Shown piece after piece: positions 44,869 through 55,757 of a stretch of 64,000 bases of DNA. Below the pieces are notes generated by a model, which saw nothing but the letters and a program-made list of their open reading frames with translations, made no database searches and was not told the origin of the DNA. Every line of letters starts with the position of its first letter. The stretch's first letter is position 1. The stretch is taken from NCBI GenBank assembly GCA_963713605.1, contig CAVQMO010000001.1, forward strand, positions 1 through 64,000. Reading direction: 5' to 3'. Origin of the DNA: an uncultured Nitrososphaerales archaeon (GTDB lineage: Archaea; Thermoproteota; Nitrososphaeria; Nitrososphaerales; Nitrososphaeraceae). A program made the translations under genes and the position numbers.

Positions 44869-46049
44869 TTGGACGACAGTAATACCGGAGCTTCTGATGA
44901 CGGTCTAAGCGATAGTGCTATGAATGGTTCATCTCAAGGTCGGGATAAAGGGTTGAACCTCGAAGGCAAGAAATTAAACGACTTGGAAGTATCAAAGAGA
45001 AATCGTAAGTTTTCCGAACATAGCAGCCTTGTGAGCGAAGGAATCATTGCAGGACAAAGAATTGCAAAAATATCCGTTGTTACTCTCATCAGCATTGGAA
45101 TTGTAGAAATTCTTACGGGATACTATAGTGGTAGTGTAGTAGCAACAGCAGACGGTATAGATTCTATGTCTGATGCTGCTATTTCATTTATTGTTCTATT
45201 AGGTCTGCGTATTGCTCACAAACCTGCTGACAAGAAATTTCATTTTGGATACCATAAGGTGGAAAGCTTGCCGCATTGATGGCTGCTATAGGAATGGTAG
45301 CCATAGGTATTGTAATATTTTACAATTCATATCAAGCTATTTTGCACCCACATGAAATAAGGCAACCAATTCTGACGATGGTTGTTTTGGCTGCAGCTGG
45401 TGCAATCTCATTACATAGGGCTTTTCAGATGAGGAATATTGCAAACAAGTACAATTTGTTATCATTGAGAACTGATGCTAAGAATTCGATAAAAGATGGT
45501 TCAGCATCAATAATTGGATTTCTGAGCGTTTTGATAGCTTCCCAGTTTGGATTTTTGCAAATGGATGCCATAGGCGGGATGATAATTGCAGGCTACATTT
45601 TTTCGGTATCTTACATCTCATTAAAAAAGTCATCCTTGATACTTGTAGATTCGTGGCAGAACCCCAAACTCACTGAACTTATTAAGCAACACATCGAACA
45701 AAAGGAGTTTAGAATTAGCCAAGGCCCGGAACTATTACAAACTAAAGTCAAGGTTCGCTCGGTGTTGCTTAGACCAGCCGGAATGGTCTCCCAAGCTGAA
45801 GTGCATATTGAAGTAGATGGTGATAAGCCGCTAAAAGACGTGGAATTGATATGTCTTCAGGTTGAAATGGAGATCCGTTCAAAATTTCCAGATCTAGAAA
45901 GAATTTCGATAATTCCGCATTCATCGATCGCTAAGCCAATGACAACACAATCTACTTCATTCAGGAGATGGATTTCGGTACCTGATATATTGCATCAGCA
46001 TCGGCAACAACAACAACAACAAAAGCACAAGCACGAGCATGGGAAGTAA
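44869..46049 (+). CDS. Cation diffusion facilitator, frameshift near 45270; His/Gln-rich tail
   Basis: ADGIDSMSD, KPADKKFHFGYHKVE, DAKNSIKD; C-terminus HQHRQQQQQQKHKHEHGK. Confidence 0.88.
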
Positions 46050-46235
46050 ACGCCTAAATGCATTGCGAGGATTATCTAATCCTACTTTTTTCAGATAGGT
46101 GTTTATTACTGGTTAAAATTAGCTGACCTGTTAGCGGAAGGAATAAGTGCTTAAATTATTTGGACAATATTTTGCTCCGAACCAAATTCTTATGTGCAAG
46201 TGAACAGTTTTTAAGGATGTAAAAAGATAACTCAG

Positions 46236-46622
46236 TTGATGACAAACTCAATCATCAAAGTGTTAATTCCTGTATTGACTGCAATGACAATCTTTACAAC
46301 TGCTGAGGTATTAGCACAAAAACAACAGAACACTGTCAACTTAGCGACATCACAAGTTGAATTAATAGCAGGTCCTACTAATAATGTAGAACTGGAAGGA
46401 CAAGTTGTAAACAATTCGACTGCGGCTGTAAATGATGTAAAAGTAAATGTGCAGTTCTACGATCCAAATGGACAACTTTTACTTGAGACCAGTAGGTTCA
46501 TCACTCAGCCGTCCCAGACACTCCAACCAGGTGAGTCAGTGCCGTTTACCATTTTGGAGACACTTGGTCGTGATCAAGTTGACAAACACGTGGTAATCGC
46601 AGAAGCGGACGCAGCTACATAA
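46236..46622 (+). CDS. Secreted FxLYD-domain protein
   Basis: GQVVNNS...VKVNVQFYDPNGQLL...LQPGESVPF; signal peptide. Confidence 0.85.
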   Translation: MMTNSIIKVLIPVLTAMTIFTTAEVLAQKQQNTVNLATSQVELIAGPTNNVELEGQVVNNSTAAVNDVKVNVQFYDPNGQLLLETSRFITQPSQTLQPGESVPFTILETLGRDQVDKHVVIAEADAAT

Positions 46623-47082
46623 AACATTCTACTAGCAAGTGACTCAATGCTTCAACGATATATTTTTTCATCGTAAATATTCTGTAACTAACTAATCCTG
46701 TATTTGGAATTAGTCAGTATATTTTAATCTGCATTAGAAGTTCAGGATATATACCGGCGACTTGTAAATTAGAATAAATCTTAAAATTGCTCTGAACCCA
46801 GCCTACCCTTGGGTTGAGTTCACCATTAGTACTGCGCATAATAACTCTACAAGGTCCTCGTCCTTATTAGTCATCTCACAGATTGATTCTAGTACGGATA
46901 CAATGAAATGCTATGGACAAAATTCCGAGAAACTTGAGGTTCACTCCCCGGTTCAATGTATACTACTAAACGATGATTCTGACCAAATTAGCCCAATCAT
47001 AGTATGAACTTGCTTACGGTATTGACTCGCTTACTCAGACTGAGGTAATAAACGTCATTCTAGTAATAGCTATTTTTTGATT

Positions 47083-47493
47083 TCATCTTCCGGATATGCC
47101 TCCGGTATAGTCCCCTGATACTTTCACGATACCTTCTTCAGATTCACTAATCACCTTCAGTAATTCCAAAGTCAGTCTCATGTTTGCCACATAGTGAGTA
47201 CCATTTTCATAAACTGACGGCAGAAGCCCTGTCTCTTTAAATATTAAATTTTTCATTTTTTCAGGGTCTGTGCTCTTCGTAGTGGATATTTCGACCATAT
47301 AAAACGGAGGAGACGACTTCGATGTCTCAATAGACTTTCGTACTTCCTCTTCTTCGCGGATGAGAAGATCGTGTATTAGTGCAGGACTTATTTTTGGGAG
47401 ATGTAACTGATACAGAGTTTGTAAGCCTTGAAAAACCATTCTTATTTCCTGCAATTCATCAGAAGGCATGAATATCCACCTACTAGTAGCCAT
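47083..47493 (-). CDS. Hypothetical protein
   Basis: LPKISPALIHDLLIRE...YENGTHYV...GDYTG; 136-aa ATG ORF. Confidence 0.7.
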   Translation of the reverse strand: MATSRWIFMPSDELQEIRMVFQGLQTLYQLHLPKISPALIHDLLIREEEEVRKSIETSKSSPPFYMVEISTTKSTDPEKMKNLIFKETGLLPSVYENGTHYVANMRLTLELLKVISESEEGIVKVSGDYTGGISGR

Positions 47494-47833
47494 AATATAA
47501 AGGTAAATTTCTATCGAAACTGCATGAATGTACTAGTCCTAGAGTAGGAAACGATAAGTTTAGTTCTTGCTGGGAGTAGTCTTTGCGTTGATCATAAAAA
47601 GTTAAGGATAACTTGTGTCAAATTTGAATAATATCAATTCGTCTATCGAGAGTTCCAAAATGTCATTTTTGATGTATTGATACGAACAATTCAGGCAGGA
47701 ATTTTGATGGAGAGCGATGTGTACAAACCTGGATGGCATCACTAATGCTTTTCATTATGGAAGATATTCTCAGTATCTTGCTGGCAACAAAGAGTTCATT
47801 CAATGACTTCAAGTCGTTCCGAACAATGAGTGA

Positions 47834-48785
47834 TTATCTCAAAGGTAGCATACACATTAACGCCTTCTGTACGTGTAGCCTATTTTCAGCTTGGTCCCAC
47901 ACTACAGATGACTTACCGTCAATTACTTCGGAAGTGACTTCTCGACCTCTGGAGGCCGGCAGGCAATGCATAAAAATGCAATCTTTCTTTGCAGACCTTA
48001 ACAGATCAGAATTTACCTGGTACCTAGGTAAAAATATCTCTTCCCTTCGTTTTCTTTCCTCATCCTTTCCAATGGATATGAATGTATCTGTTGCTAATAC
48101 GTCAGCATCTCGAACCGCTTCTAAAGGGTCATCTGTGATCGATATTTCTGTAGAATTATTGGAAGCTTCTTGTCTTGCTACATTTAGTACATCGTCATTA
48201 GGTTCGAAACCCGGAGGACAAGCAATCGAAAGATTTATGCCTATTTTCGAACACCCTAGTACTAAATCATTGCAAACATTATTACCGTCTCCTATCCATG
48301 CAATTTTCAATCCATTAAATGTATTTTTCTGCTCTTGAATCGTGAGGAGATCGGCCAAAATTTGGCAAGGATGAAAAGTATCCGAAAGCCCGTTTATCAC
48401 GGGAACAGAGGAATGAGCTGCAAGTTTCTCAATATCCGAATGCGCATATACTCGCGCCATAATCAAGTCAACGTAAAGCGATAGCGTTCGAGCTGTATCT
48501 TCGATTGATTCTCCTCTCAGCTAGTTGAAGGTCATTTGAACTCAGATAGATAGCGGTCCCACCTAGCTGTACGATTCCCGTTTCAAAACTTAGTCTGGTC
48601 CTAGTAGAAGGTTTCTGAAAAATCATGGCAAGCGTTATCCCTTTCAGTAATTGGGACGATTTTCCATTCTTCAAGTCCCTCTTGAGATCCTTCGACAAAT
48701 CTAAAATTGATAAGATTTCCTCTTTACCTAGGTCTTTCAAACTCAAGAAATCTTTCTTATTTAAGGAGGTCTTCAATGTCTTCAT
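47834..48785 (-). CDS. argF: Ornithine carbamoyltransferase, frameshift near 48510
   Basis: PSTRTR, HPCQILAD, GDGNNV, FMHCLP, QAENR. Confidence 0.95.
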
Positions 48786-50385
48786 CTGTTAGATAGACTA
48801 TTTCTTCTTCTTTGCCTTCCTTCTGACCTTTGATTTTTTTCTCATTGTCCTCGACTAAATCCTTAGTTTTGGACTTCCCTTCAGACTCAATGGCTGGGGC
48901 GAGGTCCTTTTCATGAGAACTCTTCATGGTACGATTATCCATTGTAGAGTACTTTTCTGAATCTTGTGTCTTCTGTTTATTTTTCTTTCCAAACAGACCT
49001 CTAAAAAAGCCTCCCGGTTCTTTTTTCTCCGATGTAGACTCGGGTTTCTTGTCAGATGTGACACTAATGAACTTGGGTTGCTGTTCTTGATAACCTTGCT
49101 GCCTGCTTTTGCTCTTGTTGTTGCGGGGGTACTTGCTCATGTTGTTGTTCTGAATGCTGTGGTTGTTTTAAAGGTCCTTCTTGCTGATCCGGCTGCTCTG
49201 TATAGTAAGCCTTTCAGAGGCGACTCTATCTAGTGATTCATATTTATTTGAACTAAAATCACCTGAATCTGGAGGCAATTGTGGGGGAGTTCCGTCTATT
49301 TTTTGACTTGGACTTTCAGAAGTATCTTCATTGCCTACAGTTCTCAAAGTTACCTCCTTATCCGGTAGTTCTATATCCATTTCTACTCTTTCATTCCTTT
49401 TCGAGTCTTGTTTGGTTATATCATGTTGAATGTTATTGTTAGAAAGGATCTCCATTTCACTAACTAAAGGGGAATTACCAAAGATTGAATCGAGAAATTT
49501 CTCAGAACTAAAAGGTGTGATGTCGTCATACCCTTGTCCCATTCCTAAAAGCACGATTGGCTTTGATGTGGTATGCACAATCGATATGGCTGAACCTCCT
49601 TTGGCATCTGCATCCGTTTTTGTTAGTATTGCACCATCGAATTTGGTATACTCAAAAAACTCACGTGCCTGGTTAATGGTATCATTTCCTGCCAATGAAT
49701 CACCAATAAATAATTTGATATCTGGCTTTACAACCCTAACTATCTTGTTAATTTCATCCATCAGATTCTTAGCAGTCTGCATTCTGCCTGCAGTATCAAT
49801 TAATACCGTATCTACCCGGTGTTTAGTGGCATAATCCACAGCGTCACGTCCAACCGCAGATGGATCAGCTCCGTATCGCTGCGAGATGACTTTGATAGAC
49901 AAATTTTCTCCGTGCTGCGATAGCTGTTCAATTGCACCTGCCCTATGGGTATCTGCAGCTGCAAGTACAGTCGAGATTCCATTCTTCTTAAACAGACGAG
50001 CAATTTTTGCGATAGTCGTTGTTTTACCAGTACCATTAATTCCAAGTAAAAGTATAACAAAAGGTCCTTTTCCTGCTTCCTTTTTAGATCTGATTTGTTG
50101 GATAAGATTCATATTTCCAGATTTGTTAAACATGTCCGCTATCCGAATTCTGAGCTTGAGCCTGATCACTTCTTCTGCCCTTTGTCCTTTTTCAAGTCCT
50201 AGACCAAGTAATTCGGTTCGCAGGCTTCCAACAAGATCGTCTACTACCTCTGGGGCAACATCACTTTCAAGAAGAGAAAGTTCAAGTTCAGATAATTGAT
50301 TACTTAAATCTCTTTCAGAAATTTCCTTATGAGACGATAAGTTTCTCGCTGCGTCGGAAAATGCCCTTTTGAGCTGTTCAAACAT
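48757..50385 (-). CDS. ftsY: SRP receptor FtsY with long C-terminal extension, probable frameshift near 49170
   Basis: GINGTGKTTT, DTHRAGA, DTAGR, TKTD, GGSAIS; ORF 48757-49140 appears to continue the disordered tail. Confidence 0.92.
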
Positions 50386-50410
50386 TTGCGTCTCTGTAAC
50401 CTTAACGCGA

Positions 50411-50893
50411 CTACTTATTATTACTACTGGGTTTACCCAAGTTGCTCCTGCCAGAGGTAGCTCTCTGCACCATTTCGTTGACTTGAACTTGGATTTGCTC
50501 CATCCGAAGAGATACCTGTTGTTTTTGTCCCATTAACTGTTTCAAAGCAATCTCGAACTCCTTCAACCTAGACTCTACGTAGTTGATTGTATCCTCTCTA
50601 CTCTTTTCCACTGCCACTCCTGCACCAATATTGATAAGCAATTTCCTAACAGGGGGTATTGATACTTTCATATGAACCCCAACACCGACAGGGACATACG
50701 ATTCAACTTCCGTTTCAGATTGAACCTCTTGCACTGCACTAGATGCTAATTTGGCTTCTTCTAGAAGTCTATTGACAGCTGCCTCACGAGCAATGATCTC
50801 ATTCAAATGAGCTTCAAGCACCCGTGCTTGCTGCATCATTTCATTAATCCTTTGTTCGAGGGCAGCTTGTTCGCCACTGATTCCGCTGCTCAT
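50411..50893 (-). CDS. pfdA: Prefoldin alpha subunit
   Basis: VPVGVGV, INIGAGVAVEK between coiled coils; directly upstream of ftsY as in other archaea. Confidence 0.92.
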   Translation of the reverse strand: MSSGISGEQAALEQRINEMMQQARVLEAHLNEIIAREAAVNRLLEEAKLASSAVQEVQSETEVESYVPVGVGVHMKVSIPPVRKLLINIGAGVAVEKSREDTINYVESRLKEFEIALKQLMGQKQQVSLRMEQIQVQVNEMVQRATSGRSNLGKPSSNNK

Positions 50894-51458
50894 TCAACCT
50901 TTAATCCTCGGGCTTTCTTATATTTGTGACTAGAAGTTTTAGTAAAATATTTCCCACTACAGACTAAAATAATATGTCAGATTCTTCGAACGCTTGATTG
51001 AATCTATTATTACGCTGCTAAAATGAGTTCTGATCTGATTTTGTCATAAAAGCCAAGTAAATTCCAGCAAGCATCATGGTGGTCACATCCTCGCAGCTGA
51101 AAATCAACAGGTACTCGTCGTTACCAGATATTAGTAAACGAATTTACTCAAGACAATACCTCAACGCAATAATATCCATACTAAAATACAATTCTGCTTC
51201 TAAACAAAAAATGAAAAAAAGAAAGATTTTTACTGAAAACGCATCGAATTGGAAAAAACAAAGGACAAGTTGATAGATACAACTCGACCACAGGCTCAGA
51301 GTAACTATTTCGTCATCTATCTCCCCAATTGTTGAATATTAGTCCCTTCCAGAATATAGTCCTCTAGTCGATGATACGATCCAGATTCTGATGATTTATG
51401 TGCCAGTATGGCTTATTCCAGTGCTAGCCAATGTAATCTGATCAACTAAGATCTTCCA

Positions 51459-52499
51459 TCATACCTTTGAGATCTTTAGCATGTTCTTCATTTCAACCTT
51501 CATTCCATATCTCTTTTCATTCATCTTCATGTGAGTATAGATTCTCAACAAGTCGCGAGAATTCCTTAACATGCTGAATCTGCCTGAGATTTTCATTTTG
51601 ATGAATTTATGAACCAAGGCGTATATATCAAACTTCCTTAATACTGCATTTCTGTATTGTTTCAAATTATTTAGATGTTCTACAAATAACTGTGCACACC
51701 AAGTAGATGGGACGATACCTTCACCCAACAATGCATAGACAGTACCAATCGATTCACCTACTCCGATTGTTTTTCTGCCGTCCGAAAACGGTTCACATAG
51801 AGAAGGGGGACTTATTCTGACTGGTCTGCCTACCTTGTGAATGATTTCGCATTTATGCGTGTTTAAAAAATCATCGAGGAATCCCATCGTGTACTTTCGT
51901 CCGAAATCACCAGCTCCTATGTGGGCATATCCATTACCGAGAGGAAAATACCAAAAATAACCTGACATACTCGAAAATGCCTTCAAGTAAAAGTCATCAT
52001 ATGGATTTTTATTCCGATCATATTTCACTTTGTATTGTACGCACGGAATCCAAGTCTCATTGGTAATTTTAGGCAAATAATTCCTGTGAAATCCTGTAGC
52101 ATCTACAATAAGATCAAAATCAGATTCTAAATTCTCCTTCTTTGGCACCTTTCCAAATTCTATGTCGGTACCACGTATCATATCTTTAATGAGCTGCAAT
52201 TTATCATAAGCAACCATGCCTCTTAACTTAACGTCAATACTATCATCTATCAATTCGACCTTCATATTTTTACCTTTGTGGAGAACGTACACGCTGAAAT
52301 CCAAACCGCATTCTTTTACTAAACCATCCATTACGTTCTCGCACGTCGCCCAAGCACACACCGCATCATGCTTTGACTCTGGCATTCTTTCAAAGCCCTT
52401 TACTGTGTTGTCCCCATCTTGACTGAGTTTGTTCATGATGTATGCACCAGCGACACCAATCCCAACTACAGCAATTTTCATTCTTAATGCATGATTCAC
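51459..52499 (-). CDS. FAD-dependent oxidoreductase (geranylgeranyl-reductase-like)
   Basis: VVGIGVAG, CAW, DATG, GYFWYFP, GESIG.V..LLGEGI. Confidence 0.85.
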   Translation of the reverse strand: MNHALRMKIAVVGIGVAGAYIMNKLSQDGDNTVKGFERMPESKHDAVCAWATCENVMDGLVKECGLDFSVYVLHKGKNMKVELIDDSIDVKLRGMVAYDKLQLIKDMIRGTDIEFGKVPKKENLESDFDLIVDATGFHRNYLPKITNETWIPCVQYKVKYDRNKNPYDDFYLKAFSSMSGYFWYFPLGNGYAHIGAGDFGRKYTMGFLDDFLNTHKCEIIHKVGRPVRISPPSLCEPFSDGRKTIGVGESIGTVYALLGEGIVPSTWCAQLFVEHLNNLKQYRNAVLRKFDIYALVHKFIKMKISGRFSMLRNSRDLLRIYTHMKMNEKRYGMKVEMKNMLKISKV

Positions 52500-52758
52500 A
52501 AGGGACTAATAAAAGGATTGACTAGATCCCCCTAAAAACATATTTTCTAAAAAGAATGGGGATAAGAAATAGAATAAAAAAATTGTAACAATTAATGACA
52601 TATTACAAATAATAGAAGGTGAATACATTTGATACGAAAGGTAGTGTCATTAACATCGGAAGAAAATACAGTAATTGGATCCTCCATACTACCTATTTAA
52701 TATAATGACTTCAGAAAGCTCGAGCCAATATCATCAGAAATCAACAAATCAACGAGGG

Positions 52759-54033
52759 CTAATATGCTTTAAAATTCTTGCCCAAGCTCTGTGAGCCAAT
52801 TTTGAGTGCCAGCACCTCATTCGTGCCTTCATAGATAATAGTCGCACGGGTATCCAAGAAGTGCCTTGTAACCCTAGATTTTTTGGTGTATCCAGCGGAG
52901 CCGAATATTTGAACTGAACGATTAGCGGCATCAAACGCACAATTGCTAGCATAGAACTTGGATATAGCAGAAATTCTGTCTGCCTCGTTTCTTAATCGAA
53001 CGTACTTCTTATTGGATTTATTCAATTTTAATTGCCAGTCCGTATTATCTTTCTTAAATGACTCGACATAATCTTGCAAATGCTGTCTAGTGACAGCCGC
53101 ACGATAAACAAGCCATCTAGAGCTCTCTAGACTTACAACCATCTTTGCAAGATGATCTTGAATTAGTTGTTTTTTACCTAGGAGGTCTCCGTGCTGAGTT
53201 CTGTGTTTGGAATAACGGATTGACTCTACCAAGCAATCTTTAATGACGCCTATGGCTCCTGCTGCGACGCTCAGGCGACCATCTATGAGTGCGCTGTATG
53301 CTATGCTTAGACCCTGCCCTTTCAGGCCTAAGAGGTTCTCCTTGGGAATAATGCAATTTCTAAAAAGAAGTTCAGCGTTCTCTACTGTGAGGAGACCCAT
53401 TTTATTTTTGATCTCTTTTCGCCTTATACCCTGACAGTCTTTATCTATTATAAATGCAGAAATTCTTCCGTCTCCACGTCCATCTTTACTGTTCCGTTCC
53501 TTAGCATATGTAGTCAACAGGTCTGCAAACGTTCCATTACCAACCCAATGCTTCCTTCCATTTAGGACATAGTGGTCGCTTTTTTCTTCAAATCCCATTT
53601 CCATAGAAGTTGGATCGCTTCCAGCAGTAGGTTCAGTAAGGGCGAATGCCATTATGCTTTTCCCTCTTGTGGTATGCGGAAGGTATTCTTTTTTCTGTGC
53701 CTCGTTAGCCCACCCTTGAAGGACCAGCTGACCAATTGAAGTGTGAGCTGATAGGAATGTTCTAACAGAACTTCCTTCTTCTCCTATCCTTTCCAGTGCA
53801 AGACAGTAGGTGAGAAAGTCGTACCCCAGACCCCCATATTTTGTAGAAATTGGACAGCCTAGCATTCCAATATTTTTGAAAACTGGTACAATCCTATCAT
53901 TGATTCTTTCTTTAAGGTAACACTCTTCTTCATATTCCCGCAATAATTTGGATGCGTTATCGACTCTTGATAAGAAATTTCTCTGTCTCCTTGAAATACT
54001 GAAATTCATTTCCGAAAGATCATGATAACGCAT
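52759..54033 (-). CDS. Acyl-CoA dehydrogenase family protein
   Basis: FALTEPTAGSD, LNGRKHW, GRLSVAA, QIFGSAG, IYEGTNEV. Confidence 0.93.
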   Translation of the reverse strand: MRYHDLSEMNFSISRRQRNFLSRVDNASKLLREYEEECYLKERINDRIVPVFKNIGMLGCPISTKYGGLGYDFLTYCLALERIGEEGSSVRTFLSAHTSIGQLVLQGWANEAQKKEYLPHTTRGKSIMAFALTEPTAGSDPTSMEMGFEEKSDHYVLNGRKHWVGNGTFADLLTTYAKERNSKDGRGDGRISAFIIDKDCQGIRRKEIKNKMGLLTVENAELLFRNCIIPKENLLGLKGQGLSIAYSALIDGRLSVAAGAIGVIKDCLVESIRYSKHRTQHGDLLGKKQLIQDHLAKMVVSLESSRWLVYRAAVTRQHLQDYVESFKKDNTDWQLKLNKSNKKYVRLRNEADRISAISKFYASNCAFDAANRSVQIFGSAGYTKKSRVTRHFLDTRATIIYEGTNEVLALKIGSQSLGKNFKAY

Positions 54034-54317
54034 ATCTGAACAATTATCGTAGCTGATATTAAAGCCGATTGTAACTTATGGCTACTTAACTATGTTGAGT
54101 AACTTCTATCAATAGTATTTGAAAATTTTTCTCATATACCGACCATCTCAGTTCTAATTGTTACTGTTACTGTGAGATAGGAGTATAATGTTCACATCAA
54201 TCTGCGCTTGAGAGTTAACTTGATGAGTAGAACAAGAAATCTAATTCTTAGCAAAGAATTAGCAGTCTATTGTTAACTAAAGAATTCCAGTTTATTGTGA
54301 TCAGCCATATTAATAGT

Positions 54318-55502
54318 TTATACAAAGTGAATTAGGCTCGAGGCCCTTTCATGCAGTATGTTTGCAAATTGTCGCATATCTATTTTATTAAATGGGCTGA
54401 TCTTTCTTAGAGTGTCTATTTCTTGCCCTTCTTCTAACATAGTTCGATTGCGCAATTCTTCTACGATTTTTTCCCTTAATCTCGGAGGACAGATCTTGCT
54501 ATGATAAATACAACCAAGAGACCCGAAGAACATTTCTTTAATGTGGTCATCTCCTTTCTCTTCATGAAAATGAGGATTGCGTGTTTCTACCTGACAAATT
54601 TCTATCCCCTTGTCCATTGCCTCTTGGTTTTCTGTGGGTAGAATTCCGCCAAATTCTTCCAGGACATTGACTATTTCATAAGGTTCTACTGAAAAGCCAG
54701 ATGAATAAGTAAGCAATTCGGCAAGCTTCATCGACATGCAATGTTCACCCGAATTCCCGGTACGCATAACTTCGGTCTCGAAGCCTGTATAATAAGAAAC
54801 TAGAGAGTTAAGATACTGATTAGTTATCTCAGAGACTCTCCCCCACTTGGAAAAGTACAGACCACTCTCTGAAACTTTAGGTTTGTATATCCATGAAATC
54901 CTAACCATCGTGTACGGGCTATTTGACATGGCAAGTCCTGATGCGAAGATCTTAACATATTCATTTACTGCGCCAGGAACATAATTATCTGCATCGATAA
55001 AACCAACGTAATCCTTTCCAGCCATCTTAGCAAGGAGCATCCCGGTGACCATGCCTTCAGCTTTTCCATTTCTAACTATGTCATCTGGTCCAAAGATGCT
55101 GTTATACCCTACCTCTTTAAGCGCATCTGAGAGCCCAGGATCTTTCTGGTGCAAAATTAACGCGTTCTTACCAACGAAACGGTTAAACTGCTCCAACGCC
55201 TCTTTTTCCAATTTGTACCTATCGACAGGTTGCCTGGGACTGTTGGAAACAATGATCGTAAGACAATCGTGCGGAATGCCACTTAACACACCCTCAAGAA
55301 GTTTTAATCGTTCGCCCTTAATTGGGATTACAATGGCCATTTTTTTCTCTATTTCAGAGATTTCTTCATTTCCAATGCTTCGAATAGTCTCTGAAGTGGG
55401 CCTTCCGTTACTAAAGCCAGAGTCTAACTCATATACACGCTGCACACCGTGTAAGCTTATTGCCCCAAATCTCTCAGTATACCTGGGATGATCAAGTTTC
55501 AT
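54318..55502 (-). CDS. mpgS: Mannosyl-3-phosphoglycerate synthase
   Basis: PRYTERFGA, LEGVLSGIPH, HQKDP, GKAEGM, GFIDADNY, ETRNPHFHE. Confidence 0.93.
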   Translation of the reverse strand: MKLDHPRYTERFGAISLHGVQRVYELDSGFSNGRPTSETIRSIGNEEISEIEKKMAIVIPIKGERLKLLEGVLSGIPHDCLTIIVSNSPRQPVDRYKLEKEALEQFNRFVGKNALILHQKDPGLSDALKEVGYNSIFGPDDIVRNGKAEGMVTGMLLAKMAGKDYVGFIDADNYVPGAVNEYVKIFASGLAMSNSPYTMVRISWIYKPKVSESGLYFSKWGRVSEITNQYLNSLVSYYTGFETEVMRTGNSGEHCMSMKLAELLTYSSGFSVEPYEIVNVLEEFGGILPTENQEAMDKGIEICQVETRNPHFHEEKGDDHIKEMFFGSLGCIYHSKICPPRLREKIVEELRNRTMLEEGQEIDTLRKISPFNKIDMRQFANILHERASSLIHFV

Positions 55503-55757
55503 TTTGAGAAAGGAAATGTTTTTATCGCTTATAACTATTGGGAGCTATGTAATCATTCAAAATGTCTAGCAGACTTACCAGATTGGGCTAATGTCATACT
55601 CTTCAGTAATAAATTTCCTGTAGTTTTAGCTGCAACTTAAAATACTGCCTCTTCCTGTTGTGTCATCTGTTTTCTAGAGCAAGACCCTTTAGACGAGAGC
55701 ATAAAACTGCACGACTAAGCAAAAAATTATGCATTAATCCTAAAAGAATAAAACTTG

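Noticed and set aside
47733..48338. 201-aa plus-strand ORF and other long ORFs opposite ftsY, mpgS, glnA, MFS and SSS
   Set aside because: Antisense shadows of well-supported genes
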